Of a stretch of 64,000 bases of DNA, positions 39,420 to 49,569 are shown in pieces. Positions within the stretch are counted from its first letter, which is position 1; each line of letters opens with the position of its first letter. The notes under the pieces are model-generated. The model saw only the letters and a list, made by a program, of their open reading frames with translations. It was not told the origin of the DNA and made no database searches. Location of the stretch: NCBI GenBank assembly GCA_965279035.1, contig OZ257142.1, positions 3,680,001-3,744,000 on the forward strand, written 5' to 3'. This DNA comes from Bacteroidia bacterium. Its GTDB lineage: Bacteria; Bacteroidota; Bacteroidia; M30B66. The position numbers were made by a program, and so were the translations under genes.

Positions 39420-40526
39420 TCATGGATGAAATGATTCTAAAACAGGTAATTCTTTATTACTGAAATCAAATACCGCCTGATTCTCCCAAGTAGATCCATT
39501 CGTAGCTTGCGGTCCTTGTGTCGAAACCAATTCGCCTCCCCAATACAAAAACCCAATTCCTCGGTTTGTATTTTCTATGATTTGACGAATTCGTAAAACA
39601 AATTGTTTTTGCCCTTCCGTACTAGCTGGAAAATCAGGTAAAATCAATTGATCTTCGCCTCCAACAACATTGTTTGTCCAATCGTTCCAAGTAAGCGTAA
39701 ATGGATAAGCCGTTTCGGCAACTACAATGTCTTTGTGATGTTCTTGAACGAGTGTATTTAACGTTGATTGCAAAGCATCGAGATCTTTTCCATGCCAAAT
39801 GGGATAATAAGAAAGTCCGATAATATCATAATCGACCGAATCGACTTGATTAAAAAACCATTCTGCATTCGTTAATCCAGCAAAATGAATTACAATGCGT
39901 GTTTGGTTTGAATGATCCCGAACGGCATGTGAGCAAGTTGATAATAATTCAATGAATTGATTTTGATGTGAAGAAATATCGCCGACAGGAAGCATCATTC
40001 CGGGATTTATTTCATTCCCTAGTTGAATAAAATCGGGTTGAATTTCTTCGATGATTTTAGAAGTATATTGATATACACTGTCCTTCAAATTTGAATATGA
40101 TAAACTTGACCAAACAGCTGGAATTTGTTGATGTGCAGGATCTGCCCAGGTATCGGAATAATGAACAGTCAACCACACTTTCATTCCTTTTTGATGCACC
40201 TGTTCGGAAAACAATTTCACTTCATTAAAACCAGAATGAACTGTTGAAGGATCTTTCCAAAGTCGAATGCGGATGGTATTTACGCCACGATCTTTTAGAA
40301 TCGAAAGCATATCCTTTTCCAATCCAAGAGATGAAAAAAAGACCGTATTTCCTGCCTCAATTTCGGGTAAAGAGGATATATCAATTCCTCGAATGAAGGT
40401 ATCCGGCTTTTCAATGACAATTGGATTTGAATTCTTGGATGAAATAGCTAGTTGATCTTTCGAACAAGAACCAAACAGGATGAATAAAAAATAAATAATC
40501 AGAAATCCCCTCGATTTTATCATCAA
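39420..40526 (-). CDS. GH53 arabinogalactan endo-beta-1,4-galactanase, lipoprotein
   Basis: RGIDIS, GVN.IRIRLW..P, HYSDTWADP.HQ, Q.GNE, GLSYYP.WHG, ETAYP, WENQA.FD; lipobox FGSC. Confidence 0.92.
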   Translation of the reverse strand: MMIKSRGFLIIYFLFILFGSCSKDQLAISSKNSNPIVIEKPDTFIRGIDISSLPEIEAGNTVFFSSLGLEKDMLSILKDRGVNTIRIRLWKDPSTVHSGFNEVKLFSEQVHQKGMKVWLTVHYSDTWADPAHQQIPAVWSSLSYSNLKDSVYQYTSKIIEEIQPDFIQLGNEINPGMMLPVGDISSHQNQFIELLSTCSHAVRDHSNQTRIVIHFAGLTNAEWFFNQVDSVDYDIIGLSYYPIWHGKDLDALQSTLNTLVQEHHKDIVVAETAYPFTLTWNDWTNNVVGGEDQLILPDFPASTEGQKQFVLRIRQIIENTNRGIGFLYWGGELVSTQGPQATNGSTWENQAVFDFSNKELPVLESFHP

Positions 40527-40656
40527 CGCAAGTAACTAGAAAACAGAATTATGAATTCAAAGCTAGGACAATCAAACGGGATTGCAGTATTTAGAAACAA
40601 ATCCAATTAATTCTAGTTCACATCCTTCTAATAAATATTGCTTTTACATTTGCACC

Positions 40657-41289
40657 ATGATTTTCGAAGGACAACATATCGACGCCATTATTTTCGACTT
40701 AGGAGGTGTAATTCTCAATATTGATTATCAACTCCCTATTAAAGCATTCCAAAAACTGGGAATTGACGATTTTGCCAATCATTTTTCTCAAGCAAAACAA
40801 AGTGGATTGCTCGATGAATATGAAACTGGATCAATTAGCTCAGAAGATTTTATTTCTGAACTTCGTCGCTACGTTAAGCCCGAAACAACCGATATTCAAA
40901 TCATCTCTGCTTGGAATTCCATCTTACTCGATTTGCCCGAAGATCGATTATTCATCCTCGAAAAAGCAGCCGAAAATCATCGCACATTTTTGCTTTCAAA
41001 CACAAACGATATTCACATCCAAGAATTTAATTCTTATTTACTCGAGGAGCATAATCTGCCTTCGTTAGAACCCTTCTTCGAACAACTCTATCTTTCATAC
41101 GAAGTAGGATTGCGTAAACCCGATCTGCGCATTTTCGAATATGTGTTGCAAGACGCTGGATTGAACCCTTCTTCTACCCTATTCATCGACGATTCCATAC
41201 AACACATTCAAGCTGCTAAAGAACTTGGAATCATCACACATCATTTAACTGGACAAACACTTATTGAATTACTCGAGGACAAACTTTGA
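40657..41289 (+). CDS. HAD-family phosphatase
   Basis: IIFDLGGV, LLSNTN, RKPD, FIDDS. ATG at 40657 lies 4 nt after TACATTTG. Confidence 0.9.
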   Translation: MIFEGQHIDAIIFDLGGVILNIDYQLPIKAFQKLGIDDFANHFSQAKQSGLLDEYETGSISSEDFISELRRYVKPETTDIQIISAWNSILLDLPEDRLFILEKAAENHRTFLLSNTNDIHIQEFNSYLLEEHNLPSLEPFFEQLYLSYEVGLRKPDLRIFEYVLQDAGLNPSSTLFIDDSIQHIQAAKELGIITHHLTGQTLIELLEDKL

Positions 41290-41299
41290 GAAAATCTTT

Positions 41300-41887
41300 A
41301 TGGAATTAAAAAACGGCATCGCTACATTCTACGCTTCAACTCGACAAGATTGGCGAAACTGGTTGGAGCAACATGTCGAAAACGAAAATTCTGTGTGGCT
41401 CATCATCCATAAAAAAGCAAGTCCACATCCGAGTATTTATTATCCCGAAGCTGTTGATGAAGCACTATGTTTTGGCTGGATCGATAGCAAAGCCAATACA
41501 CGTGATGAATTCACCTATTTTCAATTTTTCTCCAAACGAAAACCAAAAAGCAATAGGAGCAAAGTCAATAAAATCAAAGTTGCTCAGTTAATCGAACAGG
41601 GATTGATGCGTCCTTCGGGTTTGAAAATGATTGAGCTAGCTAAATCAACTGGTACATGGGATGCTTTAAATGAAGTGGAAGAAATTCGGGTGCCGGATGA
41701 AATGCAGAAATTATTCGACCAACAACCTGTTGCCTTTCATCATTGGAATTTATTTTCCCGTTCAACCAAACGAGCCATTTTAGAATGGATACTCAATGCC
41801 AAACGTCCCGAAACACGAAGCAAACGAATTGCAGAAACGGTTTCATTGGCAGCTGAGAATAAAAAAGCCAACCAATACAAGCCTTAA
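41300..41887 (+). CDS. YdeI/OmpD-associated family protein
   Basis: WR.WL, EAVDEALCFGWIDS, G.M.P.G, AKRPETR..RI. Confidence 0.88.
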   Translation: MELKNGIATFYASTRQDWRNWLEQHVENENSVWLIIHKKASPHPSIYYPEAVDEALCFGWIDSKANTRDEFTYFQFFSKRKPKSNRSKVNKIKVAQLIEQGLMRPSGLKMIELAKSTGTWDALNEVEEIRVPDEMQKLFDQQPVAFHHWNLFSRSTKRAILEWILNAKRPETRSKRIAETVSLAAENKKANQYKP

Positions 41888-41974
41888 GAATCTTCTTAAA
41901 CTTATTCAGAGGGATAGAGGAAAAACGCTTTCTAAGTGTTCATTTTTCTATCTTTGCGCTCCTTTTTACATACT

Positions 41975-43660
41975 ATGTCAGACGATAAAAAAGTCATCTT
42001 TTCGATGGTGAAGGTTAGCAAGACCTTTCCTCCTCAAAAACAAGTTCTGAAAGACATTTACCTCAGTTTTTTCTATGGTGCCAAAATCGGTATCATCGGT
42101 TTAAATGGATCAGGTAAATCAACACTCTTAAAAATTATTGCTGGCGTTGAAAAATCCTTCCAAGGGGATGTGGTTTTTTCGCCCGGATATCGTGTTGGTT
42201 ATTTGGAGCAAGATCCTCAATTAGACGATAGTAAAACGGTAATCGAAATAGTACGTGAAGGTGTTCAACCCATCATGGATATTTTGGCCGAATACAACGA
42301 GGTGAACGAAAAAATGGGCCTCGAAGAATATTACATGGATGGCGATAAGATTGACAAGCTACTTGCCCGTCAAGGTGTGTTGCAGGATGAAATTGATTCC
42401 AAAAATGCCTGGGAAATTGATTCAACCTTGGAGCGCGCCATGGATGCATTACGTTGTCCAGATTCTGACCGAATAATCGGAACACTATCGGGTGGAGAAC
42501 GTCGTCGAGTAGCATTGTGCCGTCTCTTACTTCAACAACCCGAAATTCTCTTACTCGATGAGCCTACCAACCACTTGGATGCTGAATCGATTGATTGGTT
42601 AGAGCAACATTTACAAAACTATGCAGGTACTGTTATCGCCATTACCCACGATCGATATTTCTTAGATAATGTTGCAGGATGGATTCTTGAATTAGATCGT
42701 GGTGAAGGAATTCCTTGGAAAGGAAATTATTCTAGCTGGCTAGAACAAAAAGGAAAACGTCTTCAACAGGAAGAAAAAACCGAATCAAAACGTCAGAAAA
42801 CCTTGGCTCGTGAGCTTGAATGGGTTCGTCAAGGTGCAAAAGGTCGTCAAACGAAACAAAAAGCGCGTCTTCAAGCATACGACAAGTTAATGAGTGAAGA
42901 TGTACGAGAGAAAGAAGAAAAACTCGAAATCTTTATCCCGAACGGACCACGTTTAGGAAATGAAGTGATTGAAGCGCAAGATGTGTCGAAAGCGTTTGGA
43001 GATAAATTGCTTTATGAGCATTTGAATTTCCGACTTCCACCAGCTGGAATTGTTGGAATTATTGGTCCTAACGGTGCGGGAAAAACGACCATTTTCAAAA
43101 TGATTATGGGACAAGAAAAAGCCGATGTGGGAGAATTTAAAATTGGTCCAACAGTAAAGATTAGTTACGTAGATCAAACGCACGAATCACTTGATCCGAA
43201 CAAATCGGTTTGGGAAGTGATTACAGGTGGAAACGAAACCATGGAAATTGGCGGTCGCTCTATGAATTCACGTGCTTATGTAAGCCGTTTCAATTTTAAC
43301 GGAGCTGATCAAGGGAAGAAAGTGGGTGTGCTATCAGGTGGTGAACGTAACCGTTTGCATTTGGCTATGGCATTAAAAGCAGAGGGTAATGTGCTCTTGC
43401 TCGATGAGCCAACAAATGACATCGACGTAAATACTTTACGTGCATTAGAAGAAGGTTTAGAGAACTTTGCAGGATGTGCTGTAATTATTAGTCACGACCG
43501 TTGGTTCTTAGATCGTGTATGTACGCATATATTAGCTTTCGAAGGCGATTCTCAGGTGTATGTATTTGAAGGAGGATATTCGGAATACGAAGAGAATAAA
43601 AAGAAGCGGCTCGGTGATCATGAACCCAAACGTATCCGGTATAAGAAACTGGTAAACTAA
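41975..43660 (+). CDS. ettA: Energy-dependent translational throttle ABC-F protein
   Basis: Two ABC cassettes (GLNGSGKST/LSGGERRR and GPNGAGKTT/LSGGERNR); LSFFYGAKIG and ELDRG.GIPW.GNYSSWLEQK; promoter TATCTTTG at 41949-41956. Confidence 0.95.
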   Translation: MSDDKKVIFSMVKVSKTFPPQKQVLKDIYLSFFYGAKIGIIGLNGSGKSTLLKIIAGVEKSFQGDVVFSPGYRVGYLEQDPQLDDSKTVIEIVREGVQPIMDILAEYNEVNEKMGLEEYYMDGDKIDKLLARQGVLQDEIDSKNAWEIDSTLERAMDALRCPDSDRIIGTLSGGERRRVALCRLLLQQPEILLLDEPTNHLDAESIDWLEQHLQNYAGTVIAITHDRYFLDNVAGWILELDRGEGIPWKGNYSSWLEQKGKRLQQEEKTESKRQKTLARELEWVRQGAKGRQTKQKARLQAYDKLMSEDVREKEEKLEIFIPNGPRLGNEVIEAQDVSKAFGDKLLYEHLNFRLPPAGIVGIIGPNGAGKTTIFKMIMGQEKADVGEFKIGPTVKISYVDQTHESLDPNKSVWEVITGGNETMEIGGRSMNSRAYVSRFNFNGADQGKKVGVLSGGERNRLHLAMALKAEGNVLLLDEPTNDIDVNTLRALEEGLENFAGCAVIISHDRWFLDRVCTHILAFEGDSQVYVFEGGYSEYEENKKKRLGDHEPKRIRYKKLVN

Positions 43661-43666
43661 AACTCA

Positions 43667-43699
43667 AAAGCACATCAACAACATGGTGTGCTTTTTTTT
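43667..43699 (+). terminator. Intrinsic terminator after ettA
   Basis: aaaagcacatca..tggtgtgctttt followed by a T tract. Confidence 0.8.
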
Positions 43700-43749
43700 A
43701 GTGATGTTTGTTTTTACGTATGAAATAAATATTTTTGTGGTATAAATAA

Positions 43750-44022
43750 ATGGTCATGGATTCTAAAATAACGCTCAGCTTCAATACCAGTGTTATTGAT
43801 AAAGCAAAAGCATATGCCGAAGAACAAGGTATTAGCCTCAGCAGGCTTACCGAAATCCTTTTGCGTAGGCTCACTAGTGGAGGTTATAAAAACATCGAAG
43901 ATTTCCCTGTTTCTGATTGGGTTCATTTAATTTCCGAAGGAGAAACCGAATACATACGCAAACCTAAAAGCAATAAAGCACTTCGCGCAGAGCACCATAC
44001 TGCAAAAAAGAAAAAGGCATGA
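43750..44022 (+). CDS. Putative antitoxin (DUF6364-like ribbon-helix-helix)
   Basis: KITLSF...VI.KAK.YA...GISLSRL.E; ATGA overlap with the PIN gene. Confidence 0.8.
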   Translation: MVMDSKITLSFNTSVIDKAKAYAEEQGISLSRLTEILLRRLTSGGYKNIEDFPVSDWVHLISEGETEYIRKPKSNKALRAEHHTAKKKKA

Positions 44023-44435
44023 AGGTGTTTGTGGATGCGAATGTTATCATCAATGTTCTTAATCGAGAATATCCTCAATTTGAATTCTCCTCGCGCTTTT
44101 TGAGTTTAGCGGATGACAAATGCTTTACGCTCTATACTTCTACTTTGTCTTTGGGAATCTGTTGGTTTTATGCAGAGAAAAAATCAGGACGCGCTTTAGC
44201 CAATAAGAAAATCGCCCAATTGCTTCAAAATATTCGAATAAGTGAATGTGGCGAATCGGAAGTTCTAAAAGCAATGGCAGATAAAAAGGCCGACGATTTT
44301 GAAGATGCGCTTCAAGTATATTCTGCCATCAAAAGTGGATGCACTCATATTGTCACTAATAATTTAAATGACTTTCATTTTTCTTCTCTTAAAATATCCA
44401 AACCGAAGGATTTTTTAATTCAAGAAGTGAGTTAA
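44019..44435 (+). CDS. PIN-domain (VapC-like) toxin
   Basis: VFVDANVII, DFEDALQ..SA, IVT.N..DF. Confidence 0.88.
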   Translation: MKVFVDANVIINVLNREYPQFEFSSRFLSLADDKCFTLYTSTLSLGICWFYAEKKSGRALANKKIAQLLQNIRISECGESEVLKAMADKKADDFEDALQVYSAIKSGCTHIVTNNLNDFHFSSLKISKPKDFLIQEVS

Positions 44436-44671
44436 TAAAATCATTACATAATAATTATTCTAACATTTAAATTTGATTTTAGTATATATCAAAACCCTAT
44501 ATAGTAGTACACATCAAGCCTATTAAAACTAATAATTCAAGCAATATTTAGGAATTAATTAAATAATAAATAACTAAATATTTATCAACTATTTCTGAAT
44601 TCATTATTTATTCCTGCTTGTTCGAACATTACAGGTTGTATATGGTTTCTATTCCTAACGATTTTTAAATT

Positions 44672-45142
44672 ATGCTTAATCGCTTTTTACGTCTATTACT
44701 CTGCATTTCGATTCCATTAATTGTTGGAGGAATTTCAGGATACTTTACCATCGAAGGAGTTAAAACCTGGTATTTAACACTTAACAAACCTGTATTCACT
44801 CCTCCCAATTGGCTATTTGGTCCCGTGTGGACTACCTTATATGCCCTCATGGGATATGCATATTTCAGAATTTTAGAAAAGGCAAAAAGTCCTGTTCGAT
44901 TGCGTGCAATGCGCATTTATTTCATCCAACTCTTCCTAAATTTTTGTTGGAGTATTTTATTTTTTAGTGCTCATCAAATTGGAATTGCCCTTTTAGATAT
45001 TCTACTTCTTTGGATATGCATTCTTATCATGATATTCCGTTTTCAGCGTGTAGATAAATTCGCAGGATATTCTCAGATTCCCTATATACTTTGGGTTAGC
45101 TTTGCAACAGCTTTAACAGCGAGCATTTGGTGGTTGAATTAA
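44672..45142 (+). CDS. TspO/MBR family protein
   Basis: WY..L.KP.FTPP.W.FGPVWT.LY, QL.LN..WS..FF, PY..WV.FA..L. Confidence 0.92.
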   Translation: MLNRFLRLLLCISIPLIVGGISGYFTIEGVKTWYLTLNKPVFTPPNWLFGPVWTTLYALMGYAYFRILEKAKSPVRLRAMRIYFIQLFLNFCWSILFFSAHQIGIALLDILLLWICILIMIFRFQRVDKFAGYSQIPYILWVSFATALTASIWWLN

Positions 45143-45152
45143 ATATTATTCA

Positions 45153-45608
45153 ATGTTAGTAGGATTGAAAAAAGAAATAATCAAAGAGTGTATATCCATA
45201 TTAAGTATCCGGATTAATGAATTAATTCTAACCGAAAAATCAGCCCAAGAATCAGCTGCTGGTGATACCAAAAGTAGTATGGGCGATAAACACGAAACCT
45301 CACGCGAACTTTTGCAGCAAGAACGAGAAATGGTTGGCCGAAGAATGGCTGAAGCAATTCGCCAAAAAGAAGAAATAGAACGCATTTTACCTGATCATAT
45401 TTTGAATCAAATCCAAACTGGCGCATTGGTAGAAACCTCCATTGGAATATTCTTCTTTTCAACAGCATTGGGATTTATCACTATTCAGGAAAAGAAAATT
45501 GCCGTTCTATCTATAGCATCTCCCATTGGACAAGCTTTAAAAGACAAACGAATTGGTGATATCGTTTCTTTTCAAAACAAAGACATCCGGATAGTAAACA
45601 TAGCATAA
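45153..45608 (+). CDS. GreA/GreB-like hypothetical protein
   Basis: TKSSMGDKHETSR coiled-coil; C-terminal S..SPIG.AL..K..GD.V.F. Confidence 0.75.
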   Translation: MLVGLKKEIIKECISILSIRINELILTEKSAQESAAGDTKSSMGDKHETSRELLQQEREMVGRRMAEAIRQKEEIERILPDHILNQIQTGALVETSIGIFFFSTALGFITIQEKKIAVLSIASPIGQALKDKRIGDIVSFQNKDIRIVNIA

Positions 45609-45645
45609 TGCTCTAGTTTTTACACGTTTCCTGAGCAAACTCTTG

Positions 45646-45928
45646 GCATCCTCGGACTTCAGTCCGAGTGTCAGTCCGCGGAGACTTCTACTCCTCTTGA
45701 AAAGCAGCCTCACATCCTCGGACTTAAGTCCGAGGTTACTTGAGGTATACCTTTCATATTCATCGTAACTAAGGCACCCTCGGACTTCAGTCCGAAGATG
45801 CTAGAGGCATAACTTTCATTTTTGTATTAGCATTCGATTCCTCGGACTGAAGTCCGAGGTTACTTGAGGTATACCTTTCATATTCATCGTAACTAAGGCA
45901 CCCTCGGACTTCAGTCCGAGGATGCTAG
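45646..45928. repeat. REP-like palindrome array, 5 copies, ~62-bp period
   Basis: ctcggact-nn-agtccgag at 45651, 45717, 45779, 45841 and 45903. Confidence 0.92.
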
Positions 45929-45990
45929 ATTATTTTCAACCTCTTTGTAAGGTTTGAGTTTTAGACTCGACCAATACCAAAAACCAACTC

Positions 45991-46965
45991 ATGAAATCAT
46001 TTTTATTTACAATCGGATTTTCCATGTTCGCACATTTGATAGATGCTCAGGTTCCTAAAAAAGTAATTGTAGAACATTTCACCAATAGTCGATGCAGTAT
46101 TTGTGCAAACAGAAATCCCGGATTTTTCAATAACCTTATTCAGCATCCCGATGTCTTACACATTTCGATGTTTCCAAGTTCGCCTTATCCGAATTGCGCA
46201 TTTAGTCTACAAAACCCTACCGAAAATGATGGACGAACAAACTATTACAACGTATATGGCTCAACACCTGTTTTTGTCATTCAAGGTCAAGTAATTAGTC
46301 AGTCAGCTAATTATGCTTCAGCAAGTTTATTTACTCCTTTTATTGGTCAAAGTAGTCCAGTCTCGATACACGTTAATCAATTGCAAAACACCGATTCATT
46401 AATTACAGTAATTTCCATTAAAACAGAAGCTATTCATACTTTAGGAAATCTTAGTTTGTTTGCTGCTATCACCGAAGACACCGTATTTTATGCTTCGCCA
46501 AACGGAGAAACAGAACATTACAATGTACATCGAAAATCTCTTTTTGGAAATTCAGGCTTGACAATCACAATTCCCAATTCAGTAGGAGATTCTGTAGTAT
46601 TTAGAAAAGCAGTTTCAACCAATTTAATTTGGAATCAAGCACGATTAAAGAGTCTTGTTATTTTACAAGAATCGGATACAAAATCAGTAGTGCAAGCTGC
46701 CGAATCATATGGTAATGGAGAAATCCCAACAGGATTAATGAATCAATCGAATATGGATTTTCAGGTGTTCCCCAATCCCACAGAAACAATTTTAACCATT
46801 CGGATTAAAGAGGAAAATGTGCAGCATTATTTTTTATTTAATTCACTTGGACAAATTCAAAAAAGCGGATCATTAAATAAAGAAATGCAATTAAATTTTA
46901 GCAATCTACCACATGGAATTTATTTTCTTAAAATTGGAACTTCGACAAAAAAAATCATCCATTAA
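45991..46965 (+). CDS. Omp28-like thioredoxin-fold protein (CxxC) with T9SS type-A CTD
   Basis: KKVIVEHFTNSRCSIC, YYNV..TP, ITED..H.NV.R; C-terminal VFPNPT..GIYFLKI. Confidence 0.82.
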   Translation: MKSFLFTIGFSMFAHLIDAQVPKKVIVEHFTNSRCSICANRNPGFFNNLIQHPDVLHISMFPSSPYPNCAFSLQNPTENDGRTNYYNVYGSTPVFVIQGQVISQSANYASASLFTPFIGQSSPVSIHVNQLQNTDSLITVISIKTEAIHTLGNLSLFAAITEDTVFYASPNGETEHYNVHRKSLFGNSGLTITIPNSVGDSVVFRKAVSTNLIWNQARLKSLVILQESDTKSVVQAAESYGNGEIPTGLMNQSNMDFQVFPNPTETILTIRIKEENVQHYFLFNSLGQIQKSGSLNKEMQLNFSNLPHGIYFLKIGTSTKKIIH

Positions 46966-47011
46966 CGTCTGACAAAGGTACGGGGAAAATGAAAATTTTT
47001 ATGATACCACT

Positions 47012-47224
47012 AGCATCCACGGACTTCAGTCCGTGTTTGCTAGAGTTATACTTATCATCTTAATCTTACCTCTGGCACCATAGGACTGAAGTCCGAGTTT
47101 GCGAGCGTTATACCTTTCATATTTATCTTAACTAAGGCATCCTCGGACTGAAGTCCGAGTTTGCTTGAGTTAAACTTGTCATTTTTGAGTTTCCCTCTGG
47201 CATCCTCGGACTTCAGTCCGAGGT
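47012..47224. repeat. REP-like palindrome array, 4 copies, ~62-bp period, same family as 45646
   Basis: Copies at 47018 (cacggacttcagtccgtg), 47080, 47142 and 47205. Confidence 0.9.
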
Positions 47225-47267
47225 CAAATCCCCAATGCGTTTTTAAAGTACCCAAATAGTTTAACGT

Positions 47268-47352
47268 GTAAGCGATAGCAGCGAAAAGCCCGCATCGTAT
47301 GCCGTAGCCTTTGGCGAAGGCATAAAGAGAGGACTTGCAGCGTATAGCGCGG
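47268..47352 (+). repeat. Structured repeat with nested hairpin; inverted partner at 49570-49656
   Basis: gtaagcgatagcagcgaaaagcccgca-[tatgccgtagcctttggcgaaggcata]-gaggacttgcagcgtatagc. Confidence 0.8.
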
Positions 47353-47387
47353 TTTGAAACGGAGTTTACGGAGTTTCAAATACACCC

Positions 47388-47425
47388 AAAAAAAATGCCC
47401 CGCCGGAAAACCGACGAGGCATTTT
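47388..47425 (-). terminator. Intrinsic terminator of 47449..49338
   Basis: aaaatgcc..ggcatttt stem with adjacent A tract (T tract on minus strand). Confidence 0.75.
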
Positions 47426-47448
47426 GAACAATCCTATTTCTTTTCTTT

Positions 47449-49338
47449 TTAGAATTTTATTGTACGAATTACTTCGTTTGTGTTAGTCGAACGAACACTA
47501 ATTAAGTACGTTCCTTTTGCTAATGTTGAAGCTGGTAGCATGTGGCGAATGTTGCTGCTGCTTGATACTTCTACATTTTCGCGGCTCATTACTTGTCCAA
47601 GTGTGTTGATTACTGATACTTCGAATGTTTCGCTTGTATTGCTTGTGCTCAAGTTAACACTGAGTGTTTCGTTGAATGGATTTGGATACACACTAATTTC
47701 ATCTACTTCGTTTGCAGTTGTTGTATTATCCTGTGTTTGAACATGAGCGATACGTGCTGCTGAAGTTGAAGAACATCCTGGTTGAGCTACAACAATTCCG
47801 TCAACATCAAAACCATCGGCTGTTCCAGGGAAATGTGCATTGCTCATAGCTGATGCGTCCGTGATGCGAACGTATTGGAACATTTCGGTACCTGATCCAT
47901 CGATGTCGATTGATTGATCTAGGCAGAAAGATTCAGAAAGCATGTACCACGTTGAGTTATCAAGCGATACTTCGATACGAGCAGTTTCTGGATAATTATC
48001 GCAAGTTGGGTTTCCGAAAGAAGTTTCAACAAGCATTAAGTCAGCACCTGGCTTGTTAAATACTACGTAACCAAGTTTCAAGCTTACTTTTCCGCCAAAT
48101 CCAAGGCTTACAAAATTTACTACATCGCTGTATTGTGGAGCTCCTACTGCATTGTCTTTATTGCTACGCGCTGCTGGAATTACACCACTGTTTTTCATAG
48201 TACCTGGGAAATAATCGTAAGCTTCTATTGCATATTCATTGCTTACTGCTGATGCAACTGGATTCGCTTCTTCGCCATTTAAACATACGATTCCGTCTAG
48301 GTCATAACCATCTGCTAAACCACCGTAAGGGAAATCGATGCGAGAGATGTCGATTAGTTTAACATATTGTGCCCAAGCTAATCCTTGCAAGTCGAAGTAC
48401 GTGTTTTGACAGCCTTCTCCTAAGAAAACCCAGTCACAGTTGTTTTGAGATGCAAAAGCGCGGATTTTTTCTGGGTAGCGATTACAGTTTTGAGCATTAT
48501 TTCCGAATGTAGTTTCAACTACATAAATATCATCTCCATCACCGTTGTGAATTGGATTTGCAAACTTCAAGGTAATTTCTCCGCCAAATCCAAGTGATAC
48601 AAAGTTGTATGATGAAGATGGTGTAGCAACATCGCTATTTTCTGGAGAACCTAATGCATTAATCAAGTTCTGACGAGAAGCTTCAATTGGAGTTAATAAA
48701 TCGTTCGTTGTTCCTGGTATATAGCTCATCACTTCAACTGCATTACATCCAGCAGGCGATGGTTGCTCAACTACTGTGGTGTCGCCACCTGTATTAGTTT
48801 GATCATCATCATCTCCATCGTCGTTCCCATCATCATTTCCGTCATCTTCTCCATCATCGTTTCCGTTATTCCCATCATCATTTCCATCATCTTCTCCATC
48901 GTCGTTTCCGTTATTCCCATCATCATTCCCATCATCGTCGCCATCGTCGTTTCCGTTATTCCCATCATCATTTCCATCATCTTCACCATCTTCGTTTCCG
49001 TTATTCCCATCATCATTTCCATCATCTTCTCCATCGTCGTTGTTATCATCATCCCCATTTTCATTACCCGTTGTACAAGCACCTATATAATCACCATGAT
49101 TTAAATGTGCTTGAAGTGCATTGACACTAACAGTTATCGTGTGAGAACCACCATTTCCAGTTTGGTGACAAATGGTAATGTGTTGATTGTTGCCATTTCC
49201 TTGATTTTTTACAGAACCCTGAACTGTAGTATTTTTATTTACTCCAGCAGATTGATTTTGGATTTGTTCTGTTTGTGCATTCAGTCCGCCTATAGTCAGA
49301 ATCAGAATTGCTAAGAGTTGAGAAATACGTGTCATCAT
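47449..49338 (-). CDS. T9SS type-A cargo with Cys/His mini-domain, Asp/Gly/Asn repeats and two tandem FVSLGFGG domains
   Basis: Signal peptide; ITICH..HTITV..AHLNHGD..GAC; 5 x 15-aa repeats; FVSLGFGG..DG(Y/F)D(L/V)DGI twice; VYPNPF..GTYLI..IKF. Confidence 0.85.
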   Translation of the reverse strand: MMTRISQLLAILILTIGGLNAQTEQIQNQSAGVNKNTTVQGSVKNQGNGNNQHITICHQTGNGGSHTITVSVNALQAHLNHGDYIGACTTGNENGDDDNNDDGEDDGNDDGNNGNEDGEDDGNDDGNNGNDDGDDDGNDDGNNGNDDGEDDGNDDGNNGNDDGEDDGNDDGNDDGDDDDQTNTGGDTTVVEQPSPAGCNAVEVMSYIPGTTNDLLTPIEASRQNLINALGSPENSDVATPSSSYNFVSLGFGGEITLKFANPIHNGDGDDIYVVETTFGNNAQNCNRYPEKIRAFASQNNCDWVFLGEGCQNTYFDLQGLAWAQYVKLIDISRIDFPYGGLADGYDLDGIVCLNGEEANPVASAVSNEYAIEAYDYFPGTMKNSGVIPAARSNKDNAVGAPQYSDVVNFVSLGFGGKVSLKLGYVVFNKPGADLMLVETSFGNPTCDNYPETARIEVSLDNSTWYMLSESFCLDQSIDIDGSGTEMFQYVRITDASAMSNAHFPGTADGFDVDGIVVAQPGCSSTSAARIAHVQTQDNTTTANEVDEISVYPNPFNETLSVNLSTSNTSETFEVSVINTLGQVMSRENVEVSSSSNIRHMLPASTLAKGTYLISVRSTNTNEVIRTIKF

Positions 49339-49569
49339 AAGGATAAGGTTAGGTTGTTTGCTATCCTTTACCGAATTCCGACAAAAAGTGTTTCATTCTT
49401 ACAAATAAAAAATACAAGCTTCCGAGCGAAATAAGTTTTATCTATTTGATTATATGGTATTTAAATAAATATCAAAATTCAACTTTATCCTCATAACGAG
49501 GTAATTCTTACACATGTAATACTAGAAATTAGCTCTCTATTCGATAATAAATGAATGGATTGGGCGGTC

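Noticed and set aside
45646-47224. CRISPR array
   Set aside because: Repeats are only 18 bp, spacers are homologous to each other (one 124-bp-period duplication), and no cas genes are in the window.
48763-49104. Met-rich and Ile-rich ORFs
   Set aside because: Alternative frames of the D/G/N repeat in 47449..49338.
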